Shown: piece after piece, positions 39,863-50,095 of the stretch
Layout: every line of letters starts with the position of its first letter
Position numbering within the stretch: position 1 is the first letter of the stretch
Source: Thermoplasmata archaeon
GTDB lineage: Archaea > Thermoplasmatota > Thermoplasmata > Lutacidiplasmatales > UBA184
Reading direction: 5' to 3'
Assembly: GCA_022750455.1 (NCBI GenBank)
Contig: JAKIVR010000005.1
Coordinates: forward strand, 1 to 61,079
DNA: 61,079 nt
Position numbers and translations under genes: made by a program
Notes under the pieces: model-generated
What the model was told of the DNA's origin: nothing
The model's input: the letters and a program-made list of their open reading frames with translations, nothing else
The model's database searches: none

Positions 39863-40801
39863 GTGGACGCGGTCAACACCCACGGCTTGGGCCGGACCTA
39901 CGACTCCGGCAAGGACGGGACGCGCGCGCTCGATGGCGTGAGCCTCAAGATCCCGGCGGGCTCGGTGTACGGGCTGATCGGTCGCAACGGCGCCGGCAAG
40001 ACCACGTTCCTTCGGATCATCGGTACGCAGCTGATGCCCACCGACGGCTCGGCCGAGGTGCTGGGGTTCGACGTGGTCCGGGAGCCGCGCCCGATCCGCG
40101 AGAGGATCGCCGTGATCCCGCAAGAGTCGAGACCGCTGTACTTCCTGACGGTCGAGGAGCTCGTTGACCTGCACCTTCGACAGCGCGGGATGGCCCGCGC
40201 CGAGGCGAAGGAGCGGACGCGGAAGGTCCTCGCGGACCTCGACCTCACTCGCCTCTCTCACAAGATCGTCAACCGGCTCTCGGGCGGGATGCGACGACGG
40301 GCGATGGTGGCGATGGTGCTCGCCTCCGACGCGGAGTTCCTCTTGTTGGACGAGCCGACCACCGGGCTCGATCCGCTCGCGCGCCGGGAGGTCTGGGCGG
40401 CGATCCGGCAAGCGAGCCGCGACCACCGGACCGTGCTGTTGACCACGCACTATCTCGACGAGGCCGAGGCTCTCTCTCACCGGCTCGCGCTCCTCGATAA
40501 CGGCAAGCTGATCGTCGAAGGGACCCCGAACGAGATCCGGGCGCGCGTGCGGTGGCCGTTCCGGGTGACGGTCCCCCTCACCATCCCCGAGGAGGAGCTC
40601 CGGTCGTACGGCGAGGTCTCCGCCTTCGCCGGAGGCCACCTCGTGTTTACGCGCGAGGCGCAGGCCCGCAGCTTGACCGAGCTTGCGCTGAAGCGGAACT
40701 TGCCGGTGTCGATGGCGCCCGTGTCCCTCGAAGACGTCTTCCTGCAGCTGGTCGGGCGACCGCTCGACGAGGCGACGCCGACGGAGGAGGCCGAGTCGTG
40801 A
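39863..40801 (+). CDS. ABC-2 type exporter ATPase
   Basis: GRNGAGKTT, LSGGMRRR, LDEPTTGLD and LTTHYLDEAE. Confidence 0.92.
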   Translation: MDAVNTHGLGRTYDSGKDGTRALDGVSLKIPAGSVYGLIGRNGAGKTTFLRIIGTQLMPTDGSAEVLGFDVVREPRPIRERIAVIPQESRPLYFLTVEELVDLHLRQRGMARAEAKERTRKVLADLDLTRLSHKIVNRLSGGMRRRAMVAMVLASDAEFLLLDEPTTGLDPLARREVWAAIRQASRDHRTVLLTTHYLDEAEALSHRLALLDNGKLIVEGTPNEIRARVRWPFRVTVPLTIPEEELRSYGEVSAFAGGHLVFTREAQARSLTELALKRNLPVSMAPVSLEDVFLQLVGRPLDEATPTEEAES

Positions 40802-41565
40802 CCGGACGGAACCGGCTCCGGTCGCTCCTGACGATCGCGTACTGGAACGGCGTGCTCCCGATGAAGCGGATGCCGCTGTTCCTGTTGAACACGATCGCCT
40901 CCCCGCTCTCGTTCCTATTTTTCATCGTGGTCGTCTCCCACGGGGCGCTGCTCCTCTACGGGGTCGCCGGCGGGATCGTGCTGACGATGCTCTCCATCGG
41001 CACCTCCGTGCAGACCGACCTATCGCACTACAAGTCCGATCTCAAGTTGCACGACCTCGTCGTCGCCTCGCCGGTCGAGGCGCCGATCTACGTCGCGGGC
41101 CTCGCCCTCAGCGAGTTCCTCTTCGCCATCCCGGGGATCTCTCTCTTCATCGTGATCTGGGCGCTGAGCGGAAATCCGATCAGCCTGAGCTCCGCTTTGC
41201 TCGTCGTCCTCGCCCTCATCCTGGTCTGGGCGTTCGCCTCGGCGCTCGGTTTCACCCTCGCGACGTACTTCGAGGATATCCGGGAGACGTTCGTCTTCTC
41301 GCCCCTCCTCTCCCTCGCCCTGACCGTCCTGCCCCCGATCTACTATCCCGCCTCGTTCCTCCCGTCGTGGCTCCGGCCGTTCGCCTACCTCTCGCCGGCG
41401 ACGTACGCGGTCGATCTCGTCCACCAGGCGATGGGACTCACGAACTTCAACGGGATCCCCGAGCCGTACCTCCTTCCCGCGTGGGCCGACATCTTGGCGC
41501 TGGTGGCGTTCGCCGCGGCGTTCTTTGTGATCGCGGCGAAGAAGGCCCGCTGGCGCGAGCCGTGA
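40798..41565 (+). CDS. ABC-2 type exporter permease
   Basis: About six TM helices and PIYYP..FLPSWLRP...LSPATY. GTGA overlap with the ATPase stop. Confidence 0.88.
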   Translation: MTGRNRLRSLLTIAYWNGVLPMKRMPLFLLNTIASPLSFLFFIVVVSHGALLLYGVAGGIVLTMLSIGTSVQTDLSHYKSDLKLHDLVVASPVEAPIYVAGLALSEFLFAIPGISLFIVIWALSGNPISLSSALLVVLALILVWAFASALGFTLATYFEDIRETFVFSPLLSLALTVLPPIYYPASFLPSWLRPFAYLSPATYAVDLVHQAMGLTNFNGIPEPYLLPAWADILALVAFAAAFFVIAAKKARWREP

Positions 41566-41673
41566 GGCGCGGCTCCTCCGAAGGCCGCGCTCGCGGGGAT
41601 ATATACCGGCACCGGCTTAGCACGGCACAAGGAACGACCGCTGAGCCGCGCCCCCGGTCGGCCGCGTGTGTCG

Positions 41674-41720
41674 GTCTCACTCGGAAGTGACACTTGTATC
41701 ATGGGCAGGTCTTGAAGAAG
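41674..41720 (+). promoter_or_regulatory. Conserved 47-nt upstream motif, copy 1 (before vWA gene 1)
   Basis: GTCTCACTCGGAAGTGACACTTGTATCATGGGCAGGTCTTGAAGAAG, 31/47 ungapped identity to 44025-44071. Confidence 0.7.
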
Positions 41721-41752
41721 CCGAACGCCTCTCGGAAGGAGTGAGGACATCC

Positions 41753-43978
41753 ATGGAACCGACCGGTCCCGTACCTTCCCCCGACGGATCTACGCCGGAG
41801 CCGTTGGCCCCGTCGCCCTCGCCGTCGCGGCCCCGCCCCGGCTTCGCCCTGCTCCTGCTCGCGATCGCGATCACCGCCATGGCGATCATCGGGTTCAACC
41901 CGGCGCTCACCGGTCTCGGTCCGTCCCAGACGATCGGCACGGGGCCGGCGATCCATGGCGTCGCCATCGCCACCGCGGGCAGCTCCGACGTCACGACCGC
42001 CGCGGCGGTCGGCGCCGCGAGCGCCGTCCCGGGCCTCTCCCTGAGCATCTCCGACACCCCTCACTCGATCTGTGCGTTCAACGTCGAAACCTGTTCGGCG
42101 GACGCCGGGCAGAGCCGCGTGACCCTCACCGCCGCCGCCTCCCCGAACGGGGAGCAGTCGTGGCCCGCGGTCCAGATCGCCTTCGTCATCGAGACGACGG
42201 CGTACGACGGCGTCTACGACCCGACCGCCGACGACGCCGGGAACCCGTACCCGGACGTTTGCGCCGGAGCGGACCTCGGCGTCTCGGTCGTCTGCGAGGA
42301 GTCGAACGGCGTCCCGTTCTTCGTCGTCAACGCCCAGGCGATCGCGAACGCGATCCAGGCGGCGAACCCGAACACCCAGGTCTCGTTCGCCCTGGTCGAC
42401 TACTTCGCGAGCCTCGACCGGTTCGATGACGGGGACGGCGCGGAGTACCACGTCGACATCCCGCAGTTCGTCGCCGCCCAGTCGTTCGGTTCGGAGGTGC
42501 AGAGCACCTTCCAGGCGGAGCAGCTGGCCGGACATCTCTACTACGAAGACTCGGACCTCTCGGACAACATCCTCCACTCCTCCTCGATCACGGCGCTCTA
42601 CGGCACGATCATCGGGAGCGGACTCGACTGGTCCGAGGATACCCACCACGTCATCGTCTGGATGGGCTCCACGGCCCCCCGCGACCCCGCCTACGTGCAG
42701 AACTACTGCGTCTCCCCCTCGGATTATCAGGATGGCCTGGGCGCGGGATGTATCTCCCCCTCGTGCGAGCCGTCGTACACCTTCGCGGCCCAGAGCAGCC
42801 CGCAGTGCGAGGGCTGGGTCAAATCGCAGGACGGGAACGTGACCCACTCGATCGCCGAGCTCGCGAGGACCTCCCCGACGTGCACGGACTCGGTCGGCAA
42901 GGTCTGCACGATCGACATGATCGACTATTATGACGGGATGACCGATCCGTACTCCGAGGCGTGGCCGACCCACTACAAGAGCATCGGCGGTGGCCCGGGC
43001 GGACCCGTCGTCATCACCGACTCCGACCACATCCTCTTGGCCGGGTGCGACCTCGCCGCCGCGACCGGGGGCACGTGGGACGGTCCGGATTTCTTCTCCT
43101 GTCCGAACGGCGTGGGCGGGTCGTTACAGTACGTGAATCACGGCTCGTACAACAATCCCACGACCTCGAACCCGACGCTGCTCAGCGCCCTCCGGGGGGT
43201 CGGGTTCGGGCCGGTGGAGACGACCCTCGTCGCGAACGGCACCGGCAAGCCGATCTTCTCGTTCGTGCCCTACGGCAACATCCGCCTCGCCCCGGACCCC
43301 CAGTTCGCCTCCGCCTGCACCCTCGGCACAGGAGAGACGTGGGGCGGTCACCAGGACGACGGGAAGAACTGCCCGGCGACCCCGGTGAACCTCAGCACGG
43401 TGAGCGGGACGAAGTACTGGGGCTGGAACTGGTCGAACAACGCGAGCCAGAACGCGATGTACCTCGGCGACACATGGTCGGTCTCGTTCTTCATCGTCGC
43501 GGACGGACCGCCGTACACCACGGTCCCCATCGATTCCTGCATCACCGTGGATTGCCGGGCCTCGGGATCGACCTCAGTGAACGGAGTGTACTCTTCGGCG
43601 ACGTACATCCCGCAGACGAACGGAACCGCGGAGACGCTGTCGTTCCCGCCCGCCACGATCCAAGTGATCCTCACCCCCGTCCCTTCCCCCGTCCCGGTCT
43701 CGGCCCCGCCGCCGCCTCCGCCTCCCCCCGGGCTCATCGCGCCGGTCATCTCGCCGGTCTCGATCCAGACCCCGGTCGGGGTCTCGGCCCAGGTCCCCGT
43801 CGGGAATGTCGCGTTGCAAGCGACCGCCGTCGGATTCCTGGTCGGCGCCGCGATCCGGGTCAGCCAGCGGAACCGACCGATGGCCGTCGTGAACCTGGCG
43901 GGGAAGCCCCAGAACTTCCGCTCGAAGTTCGACACCGACTCGGGCGGCAGCGGAGTGGGCGTCGGCCGCTTTGAATGA
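41753..43978 (+). CDS. Cys-rich vWA-domain cell-surface protein, paralog 1
   Basis: N-terminal hydrophobic signal, vWA-like strands QIAFVIETTAY / VSFALVDY / LDW..HHVIVWMG, poly-Pro linker, TM helix and tail ending GVGRFE. ATG preceded by a GGAGTGAGG SD. Confidence 0.8.
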   Translation: MEPTGPVPSPDGSTPEPLAPSPSPSRPRPGFALLLLAIAITAMAIIGFNPALTGLGPSQTIGTGPAIHGVAIATAGSSDVTTAAAVGAASAVPGLSLSISDTPHSICAFNVETCSADAGQSRVTLTAAASPNGEQSWPAVQIAFVIETTAYDGVYDPTADDAGNPYPDVCAGADLGVSVVCEESNGVPFFVVNAQAIANAIQAANPNTQVSFALVDYFASLDRFDDGDGAEYHVDIPQFVAAQSFGSEVQSTFQAEQLAGHLYYEDSDLSDNILHSSSITALYGTIIGSGLDWSEDTHHVIVWMGSTAPRDPAYVQNYCVSPSDYQDGLGAGCISPSCEPSYTFAAQSSPQCEGWVKSQDGNVTHSIAELARTSPTCTDSVGKVCTIDMIDYYDGMTDPYSEAWPTHYKSIGGGPGGPVVITDSDHILLAGCDLAAATGGTWDGPDFFSCPNGVGGSLQYVNHGSYNNPTTSNPTLLSALRGVGFGPVETTLVANGTGKPIFSFVPYGNIRLAPDPQFASACTLGTGETWGGHQDDGKNCPATPVNLSTVSGTKYWGWNWSNNASQNAMYLGDTWSVSFFIVADGPPYTTVPIDSCITVDCRASGSTSVNGVYSSATYIPQTNGTAETLSFPPATIQVILTPVPSPVPVSAPPPPPPPPGLIAPVISPVSIQTPVGVSAQVPVGNVALQATAVGFLVGAAIRVSQRNRPMAVVNLAGKPQNFRSKFDTDSGGSGVGVGRFE

Positions 43979-43996
43979 GCGGCTGAGCGCTCCGTT

Positions 43997-44021
43997 CCGG
44001 AGGGGTCGAACCCCCCTCCGG
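43997..44021. terminator. GC hairpin after vWA gene 1 (possible terminator or processing site)
   Basis: CCGGAGGGG...CCCCTCCGG 9-bp stem, no U tract. Confidence 0.35.
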
Positions 44022-44024
44022 CGA

Positions 44025-44071
44025 GTGTCACTGATGGGTGAACCTTGTGTCAGGGCTGAGTCTTCAATAAG
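44025..44071 (+). promoter_or_regulatory. Conserved 47-nt upstream motif, copy 2 (before the giant repeat protein)
   Basis: GTGTCACTGATGGGTGAACCTTGTGTCAGGGCTGAGTCTTCAATAAG. Confidence 0.7.
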
Positions 44072-44155
44072 GGGGCCGCACTCTCCTCAGATGTGTCTGG
44101 CCAGCGTTATATGGCGTCCGCGTCGTCAAGCGCATGGCACGACACAGAGCGAGGC

Positions 44156-47100
44156 ATGCGAGAGGGGAACGTTGCGGTGGGATTCGTTCATCGAATAGTG
44201 CCATCCCCGGAGAGCCGGGAGGCGCCTCGATCGGTCCGGGTGCCCGCCCGCTCGCTCGCCTTCGCGGTCGCGATCGGGCTCCTCATGATCGGCTCCGCCT
44301 GGTCCGGCACCGGTTTCTCGGCCGTCACCTCCGCCGGGGCCACCCCGAGCTCGGTCCACGCCGTCGCGCCCTCGTCCGTCGACTCCCGGTCCCCGGTGGC
44401 GGCTGCGTCCCAACCCCCGACCGCCGGCCTTCCCGGCCAGAGCCCCGTGGGGGAACCGACCGTCCTTCCGAACGCCGCATTCACCGGTCATCCTCTCCTC
44501 AACCCCTCGGCCAATCTCACCAGCACCCCCACCGTTCCCTCCACCTCGGTAGCATCCAGCCCGCCGCCCGCGGCACGAACCCTCGGACCGGTCGAGCTCG
44601 CCCCGCCCCCGGTCCCGAGCGTCACGATCAACGGCACGGTCCTCGCGGACCCGTTGCCCCACGATCCGATCTCCGGGGCCTCGGTCACCTACATCACCGT
44701 CGGTCGGGCCTGCTCGGGCAACTCCCCGTGCGCGGGGACGAGCACCAGCAGCACCGGCGCGTTCCAGCTGAAGGGCGTGTCGCCCGGCACGATCGTCGTG
44801 ACGGTCGCGGTCGGCGCCAACATGACGAACTATACCACGCTGTTCAACGTCTCGGCGGGCTCCTTCGTCAACACCGGGATCATCTACATGGTGCCGGACG
44901 CGGTCGTCTCGGGCTGCGTCAAAGGCGCGGACCCGAAGCACGAGGCCGCGACGTTCATCCAGGTCGCCGGGTACAGCCGCAACGGACAGATCGAAGCGGA
45001 GTCCCCGGTCACGACGAACGGCAACACCGGCTGCTTCAACACCCCCGGCGTCCCTGTGCCGCCGGGCCCCGCGGTGATCGATTTCACTCCCGAGGCGGCC
45101 GCCACCGGCTTCTACGAAGCGAACGATACGTACGTCGACCTGTACGCGGGCGAGCATTACAACGTGGGCACGATCTATCTGACCGTCGGGGTACGCGTGC
45201 TCGCGATCCCGTACGATTCCGTCACGAAGAAGCCGCTCCCCGGCGGCACCTGCCAGCTGTACGAGCAGAACCCGGAGTGCGTCTCGATCCAGTTCGAGAG
45301 CCGCCTGACGGGCGTGACGTTCACCCAGGGCGCGGCCCAGGGCGAAGGGACCGACTGCTCGGCGAGCTCCACCAGCCTCTGCCCCGTCGCGATCGCACCC
45401 CCTGGCAACGACACGATGACGGTGCTCGCGGACGGCTACATCGAGAACGATAGCGCCGTGTACGTCCCGGCCGAACCGCCGACGAAGACCGTCAACCTCC
45501 ACATCGTCTGGCTCGTCCCCGACGGCGCGATCAACGGGACGAACGGCTTCACGTGGCCCAGCACGGTCAAGGATTCCAAGTGGTACTCGACCGTCAGCGG
45601 GGCGGAGTACACCATGTCCGTCTGCAGCCTCGACGGGTACCTCCCCGCCTACCACCTCGCCGGGGGCCGCGAGTACTTCCATCCGAACTACAACATGAGC
45701 TCGAACACGTGCATCACGAACTGCCAGTTCGCGGACACCTCGTTCGCCTCCCTCGCGCCCCCGCTCCGGGTCAGCATCCTGATCAAACCCGACACGGAGG
45801 GCCAGTGCAGCTACCAGCCGACGTGGCCGATCCCCGACTCGTTGCCGGTCTTCTCCAACAGCAGCTACGCGAACGTCACGCCCGAGAAGGAGGTCTCCGT
45901 CGGGCACATCGACTGGACCGCCGGCACGTACGTCACGGGTCAGGTCCTCCCCGGCTACGCCTGGACCGTCACCGTCTGCTCCACGGACGAAGTGAAAGTC
46001 TGCTTGCAACCGGCGAGCTCGATCAACACGACCGGTGCGGGGGATTATGGCGGCAACAACCCGTGCACCTCGAGCGGTCAGGGCCAGTGGTCGGTCTGCC
46101 CGGACGATCCGCAGTACTGCCCGAACCCGACGGGTCACACCCCGTCCCCCGGGAACACGTTCTGCGTCCCGGCGTTCCCCGGCCCGGATGAGCTCCTCGT
46201 GACCTCCCCGTACTCCGGTTCGAACCTCACGTGGATCTACATCAAGCCCGGCGACTTCTCGGGGGGCCCGCTCTCGTTAGCTTCGGTGACGACGAACCAC
46301 GTCAGCTCCATCAATCTCTCGGGCGGGTCCATTGTCGGGAACCTCACCGATGCCCTCACCGGCGCTCCGATCCCGAACTGGCTCTCCCCCCTCGCCCAAG
46401 CGGCCTCGGCCGGTCAAGGGGCGGGCGGCGGCTCCGGCGGCGCCGTCAACGGCAAGTTCAACATCACCACGACCTCGGGGTGGCTTTCGGTGACGGGGAT
46501 CGCTTCGGACTTCCAGCCGAACGTCACCTGGGTCCACGTCAACAACTCCGTCGTTTCCGCGAACGTCGGCAACATCAGTCTCGAGCCGACCTCGTGGCTC
46601 GCCGGCCAAGTCTTCGACGTCAATGGGACGCCGATCAGCTTCGCGGACGTCAACACCTGCGAGATCGGCAGCAACGCGTGCGTCCCCGTGCTCAACGGAG
46701 GTCAGACGAACACGTTCGGCCAGTACTCGGCGGCGCTTCCCGGCGGGCCGTTGCCGCTGGGAACGTACGTCGTCAGTGCGAGCGCGCCGGGGTACATCAC
46801 GAACTTCACTTGGGTGAACATCTCCGCCCCCGGCCAGTACTACAACGCCTCCCCGATCAACCTCACGCCGTTCCTGGAAGTGCACTCTGGCAACATCCTT
46901 GGCCCCTCCCACGATCAGACGCCGCCGCCGCCCGACCCCGATGAGTACCTCGTCGGGGCGTTGGTCGACAACATCTCCGGGGGAGGGATCCCGACGGGGA
47001 CGATCACCTTGAACTCCGTCTACGGCGGGACGATCCTGCTCCAGGGCTCCGTCACGGACGGGGGCCAGTTCAACTACACTGTCGCCTCGGGGCTGTACTG

Positions 47101-50095
47101 GGCGAACATCACGGCCCAGAACTACTACCCGACGACGTTGTTCCTGAACGTCAGCGGGCTCGCGCCGTCGCTCGACTTGGGCACGGTCGGGCTGGAGCCG
47201 TTCGTCGGCTACGTGGCGGGCCAGGTCTACATCGCCCCGTGGCAGTCGTTCAGCCTCGCCGACGGACTCGGCCCGGGGAAGCTCGAAGTGACGGTCTGCC
47301 TCGAGTTCGACACGGCTGTCTGCGGCCAGGGAGAGGCGGATTCGAGCGGCTTCTTCAACGTCAGCGCTCCGTGGGGCTACCACGACCTCGTCATCCTCCA
47401 GCCCGCCGGGACCGTCCCGGCGAACCTCGGTTCGGCCCCGTACGGCTTCCTCAACGGGACGACGAACGCGAACGTCATCAACGAGTCGAACCGGACGTTC
47501 GTCAACACGACCCTTCTGATCTTCGGTGGGTTCACGGGGTTCGCCCTCGATGAGAGCACCCAGAACACGACCCCCGTCCGCTTCGGGAACATCGGCGTCG
47601 ATCTCACCAACAAGACGAACGGTCAGACCTCCGCCTCCGAGGAGCTCGGGGGCGGCGGCGAGTTCACCGTCTTCCTCCCCCCAGGATCGGTGAGCGCGGA
47701 GTTGACCGGTTCCGCGTACGTACCGGATAATTTCACTTCCCCGAAGACGCTCTCGAACATCACGCCGGGGAACGTCACCGCCATGCCGGACCAGGACCTC
47801 CTGCACTTCGGCTGGGTGACGGGGAACCTCACCTCCTCGGTCGCCCCGTACGGGCAGCTCGACGACTGGGTCGTCGGAGCCGGTGTGAGCACCACGTACT
47901 TCGACCTCTTGCTCGGCGGGAACATCGGCGGGCAGACGGCCGCCGACGACACGGGCTACTTCAACGTCACCGCGCCCCCCGAGCAGGGCGTCTCGCTCCA
48001 GACGACGGCGCCGGATTACAACGCGACGTTCAAGTTCAACATCGATCTGAACCAGAGCCAGACGATCGCGCTCAATGCCACGGCGGTGCCGGCGATGGTC
48101 CCGTGGGGCTGGGTCTCGGGGACGGTCGTCGATCCGACCCTCGGGATCCCGGTGAACTCCGCGAGCATCCTGATCACGGACCCGACGGGGATCTACCAGT
48201 CGAACACCGGGCTCGTGACCTCCGAGGCCGGCCACTTCCTCGCCGACGCGATCACGGGCCCGACCGACCAGATGGTCATCCGGCACGACGCGTACCTCAC
48301 GAACACGTCCACGGTCAATGTGACCGCCGGGAACCTGACGTCGCTCTCCGAGGTCCGGCTGACGGGCACCGGCGTCATCGCCGGTCAGGTCATCGGGTTC
48401 CCCGGAGGGATCCCTCTCGGCGGCGCCGACATCTCGGTCTGCTCGGTCAAGACGCCCACCTGCAGCAACTTCACCACGCAGGCGAACCAGGAGGGGGTCT
48501 TCTGGGCGCTCGCGCCTCCCGGCACGGACATCATCGATGCCACGTTCGGGGAGTACGCCTCGAACGTTTCGATCATCGTGCAAGTCGCGTCGGACTCGTG
48601 GGAGTGGGTCGGCCAGATCGGCCTGTACGGATATGCGACGGTCACGGGCACGCTGCTGGGCATCCCCTCGGGACTGGCGCTCCCCGGAGCGAACGTCAGC
48701 TTCTGCTCGACGCTGGTCCAGCCCGGCGAGGTGACCGGGCCGTGCTTCACGACCGTCCAGACGAACCCGATCGGGCAGTTCACGATCTCCGCGGAGGCCG
48801 GGACGTACATCCTGCAGCTCAACGACTCGGGATACGCGCCGACGTACCTCCCCGTCTCCCTGACCCCTGGCGAGCAGGTGCAGCTCGGCTCGGTGCTCCT
48901 CCTCCAGGACGGGACGCTCTCGGGAACCGTCGTCGGGTCGGACACGTTGAGCCCGGTCGCGGGGACCCTCATCGTCGCCTGCACGGCGGGCGTCACCTCG
49001 ATCTGCACGCCGACGTACACGGCGAACGTCGACGGCGCCTTCTCGTTCCCGGCGAACCCGGGCGTCTACGTCCTCGTCGTCAGCGCACCCGGGTACGAGG
49101 ACCGGTACCTTGGGGCGAACGTCCAGTCCGGGTTCATCACGTCGCTCAACCTGATCCAGCTCACCCCGATCGGGACCGACCAGCTGTACACGATCTCGGG
49201 GTCGGTCATCGCGACGAACAGCTCGGCGCCGATCGTCGGCGCCTCGGTGATCAGTGCGGGCGGCTACGTCTCCGCGCCGACGAACGAGTTCGGGGACTTC
49301 TCGATCCAGGTGCCCTGGGGGACGTATGACTTCGTGGCGCGCGCCGCGGGGTACGAAGCGCAGTCCCAGAACGTGACGGCTCACGCGGACGTCACGGGCG
49401 TCGACTTCCTCCTCGCGCCGACGGCGTACACGTTCTCGGGCCTCGTCACCGACGGTCTGACGGGATCGGTCGTATCGGGCGCCGACATCGAGACCGAGTA
49501 CGTCGGCGTCTCCTCGGTCATCGCGACCTCCGACGCGGACGGTCTCTTCTCGGCGGTGCTCTCGAACGGCAGCTATTCGATCGTGCTGCAACCCCCCGGG
49601 ACGGGTGGGTACGTCCCCCAGACGTTCCCTCTCTCCATCAACGGGGCGAACGTCAGCCGGAACCTCTCCCTCTACCCGCCCCAGACGGTCGTCGACGGGC
49701 TCGTCGTGGACGCGTCGACGGGACTCCCCGTGATCCACGCCTCGATCATGATCGTCGGCACGACCGTGACCGGGATCCCGTGGAACGAGACATACTCCGC
49801 CTCGTCGCTCGGGACGGTCTCGGCCTCGGTCTACTCCGGGACGTACACCATTGAGGCGTCGGCGAGCGGCTACGCGTCGGCGAGCCAGTCCGTGGCCCCC
49901 CGCGGCAGCAGCCAGCAGGTCGTCTTCTCGCTCAACGTCGAGCCGACGAACGCGACGACCACTCCGGCCGGCTCGGGCTCGTCGTGGAACCCGACGCTGG
50001 CGATCGGCGCCGTGGTCGCCGTCGGCGCCCTCGCGTTGGTCGCCGTCGCCTTGATCACCCGCCGCCAGCGCTTGACCCGCGGAGGCGCGACGTGA
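44156..50095 (+). CDS. Giant (~1980 aa) surface protein with tandem carboxypeptidase-regulatory-like beta-sandwich repeats
   Basis: Repeated (V/I)xGxVxD...GxPIxGAxV...GxF...GxYxxxxSAxGY units, paired Cys, many NxS/T sites, N-terminal signal, C-terminal TM plus RRQR. Start could be 44093, 44111 or 44156. Confidence 0.85.
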   Translation: MREGNVAVGFVHRIVPSPESREAPRSVRVPARSLAFAVAIGLLMIGSAWSGTGFSAVTSAGATPSSVHAVAPSSVDSRSPVAAASQPPTAGLPGQSPVGEPTVLPNAAFTGHPLLNPSANLTSTPTVPSTSVASSPPPAARTLGPVELAPPPVPSVTINGTVLADPLPHDPISGASVTYITVGRACSGNSPCAGTSTSSTGAFQLKGVSPGTIVVTVAVGANMTNYTTLFNVSAGSFVNTGIIYMVPDAVVSGCVKGADPKHEAATFIQVAGYSRNGQIEAESPVTTNGNTGCFNTPGVPVPPGPAVIDFTPEAAATGFYEANDTYVDLYAGEHYNVGTIYLTVGVRVLAIPYDSVTKKPLPGGTCQLYEQNPECVSIQFESRLTGVTFTQGAAQGEGTDCSASSTSLCPVAIAPPGNDTMTVLADGYIENDSAVYVPAEPPTKTVNLHIVWLVPDGAINGTNGFTWPSTVKDSKWYSTVSGAEYTMSVCSLDGYLPAYHLAGGREYFHPNYNMSSNTCITNCQFADTSFASLAPPLRVSILIKPDTEGQCSYQPTWPIPDSLPVFSNSSYANVTPEKEVSVGHIDWTAGTYVTGQVLPGYAWTVTVCSTDEVKVCLQPASSINTTGAGDYGGNNPCTSSGQGQWSVCPDDPQYCPNPTGHTPSPGNTFCVPAFPGPDELLVTSPYSGSNLTWIYIKPGDFSGGPLSLASVTTNHVSSINLSGGSIVGNLTDALTGAPIPNWLSPLAQAASAGQGAGGGSGGAVNGKFNITTTSGWLSVTGIASDFQPNVTWVHVNNSVVSANVGNISLEPTSWLAGQVFDVNGTPISFADVNTCEIGSNACVPVLNGGQTNTFGQYSAALPGGPLPLGTYVVSASAPGYITNFTWVNISAPGQYYNASPINLTPFLEVHSGNILGPSHDQTPPPPDPDEYLVGALVDNISGGGIPTGTITLNSVYGGTILLQGSVTDGGQFNYTVASGLYWANITAQNYYPTTLFLNVSGLAPSLDLGTVGLEPFVGYVAGQVYIAPWQSFSLADGLGPGKLEVTVCLEFDTAVCGQGEADSSGFFNVSAPWGYHDLVILQPAGTVPANLGSAPYGFLNGTTNANVINESNRTFVNTTLLIFGGFTGFALDESTQNTTPVRFGNIGVDLTNKTNGQTSASEELGGGGEFTVFLPPGSVSAELTGSAYVPDNFTSPKTLSNITPGNVTAMPDQDLLHFGWVTGNLTSSVAPYGQLDDWVVGAGVSTTYFDLLLGGNIGGQTAADDTGYFNVTAPPEQGVSLQTTAPDYNATFKFNIDLNQSQTIALNATAVPAMVPWGWVSGTVVDPTLGIPVNSASILITDPTGIYQSNTGLVTSEAGHFLADAITGPTDQMVIRHDAYLTNTSTVNVTAGNLTSLSEVRLTGTGVIAGQVIGFPGGIPLGGADISVCSVKTPTCSNFTTQANQEGVFWALAPPGTDIIDATFGEYASNVSIIVQVASDSWEWVGQIGLYGYATVTGTLLGIPSGLALPGANVSFCSTLVQPGEVTGPCFTTVQTNPIGQFTISAEAGTYILQLNDSGYAPTYLPVSLTPGEQVQLGSVLLLQDGTLSGTVVGSDTLSPVAGTLIVACTAGVTSICTPTYTANVDGAFSFPANPGVYVLVVSAPGYEDRYLGANVQSGFITSLNLIQLTPIGTDQLYTISGSVIATNSSAPIVGASVISAGGYVSAPTNEFGDFSIQVPWGTYDFVARAAGYEAQSQNVTAHADVTGVDFLLAPTAYTFSGLVTDGLTGSVVSGADIETEYVGVSSVIATSDADGLFSAVLSNGSYSIVLQPPGTGGYVPQTFPLSINGANVSRNLSLYPPQTVVDGLVVDASTGLPVIHASIMIVGTTVTGIPWNETYSASSLGTVSASVYSGTYTIEASASGYASASQSVAPRGSSQQVVFSLNVEPTNATTTPAGSGSSWNPTLAIGAVVAVGALALVAVALITRRQRLTRGGAT

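Noticed and set aside
43700-43730. CCG/CCT run as a microsatellite or contingency locus
   Set aside because: It is an in-frame poly-Pro linker with mixed codons, present in both paralogs.
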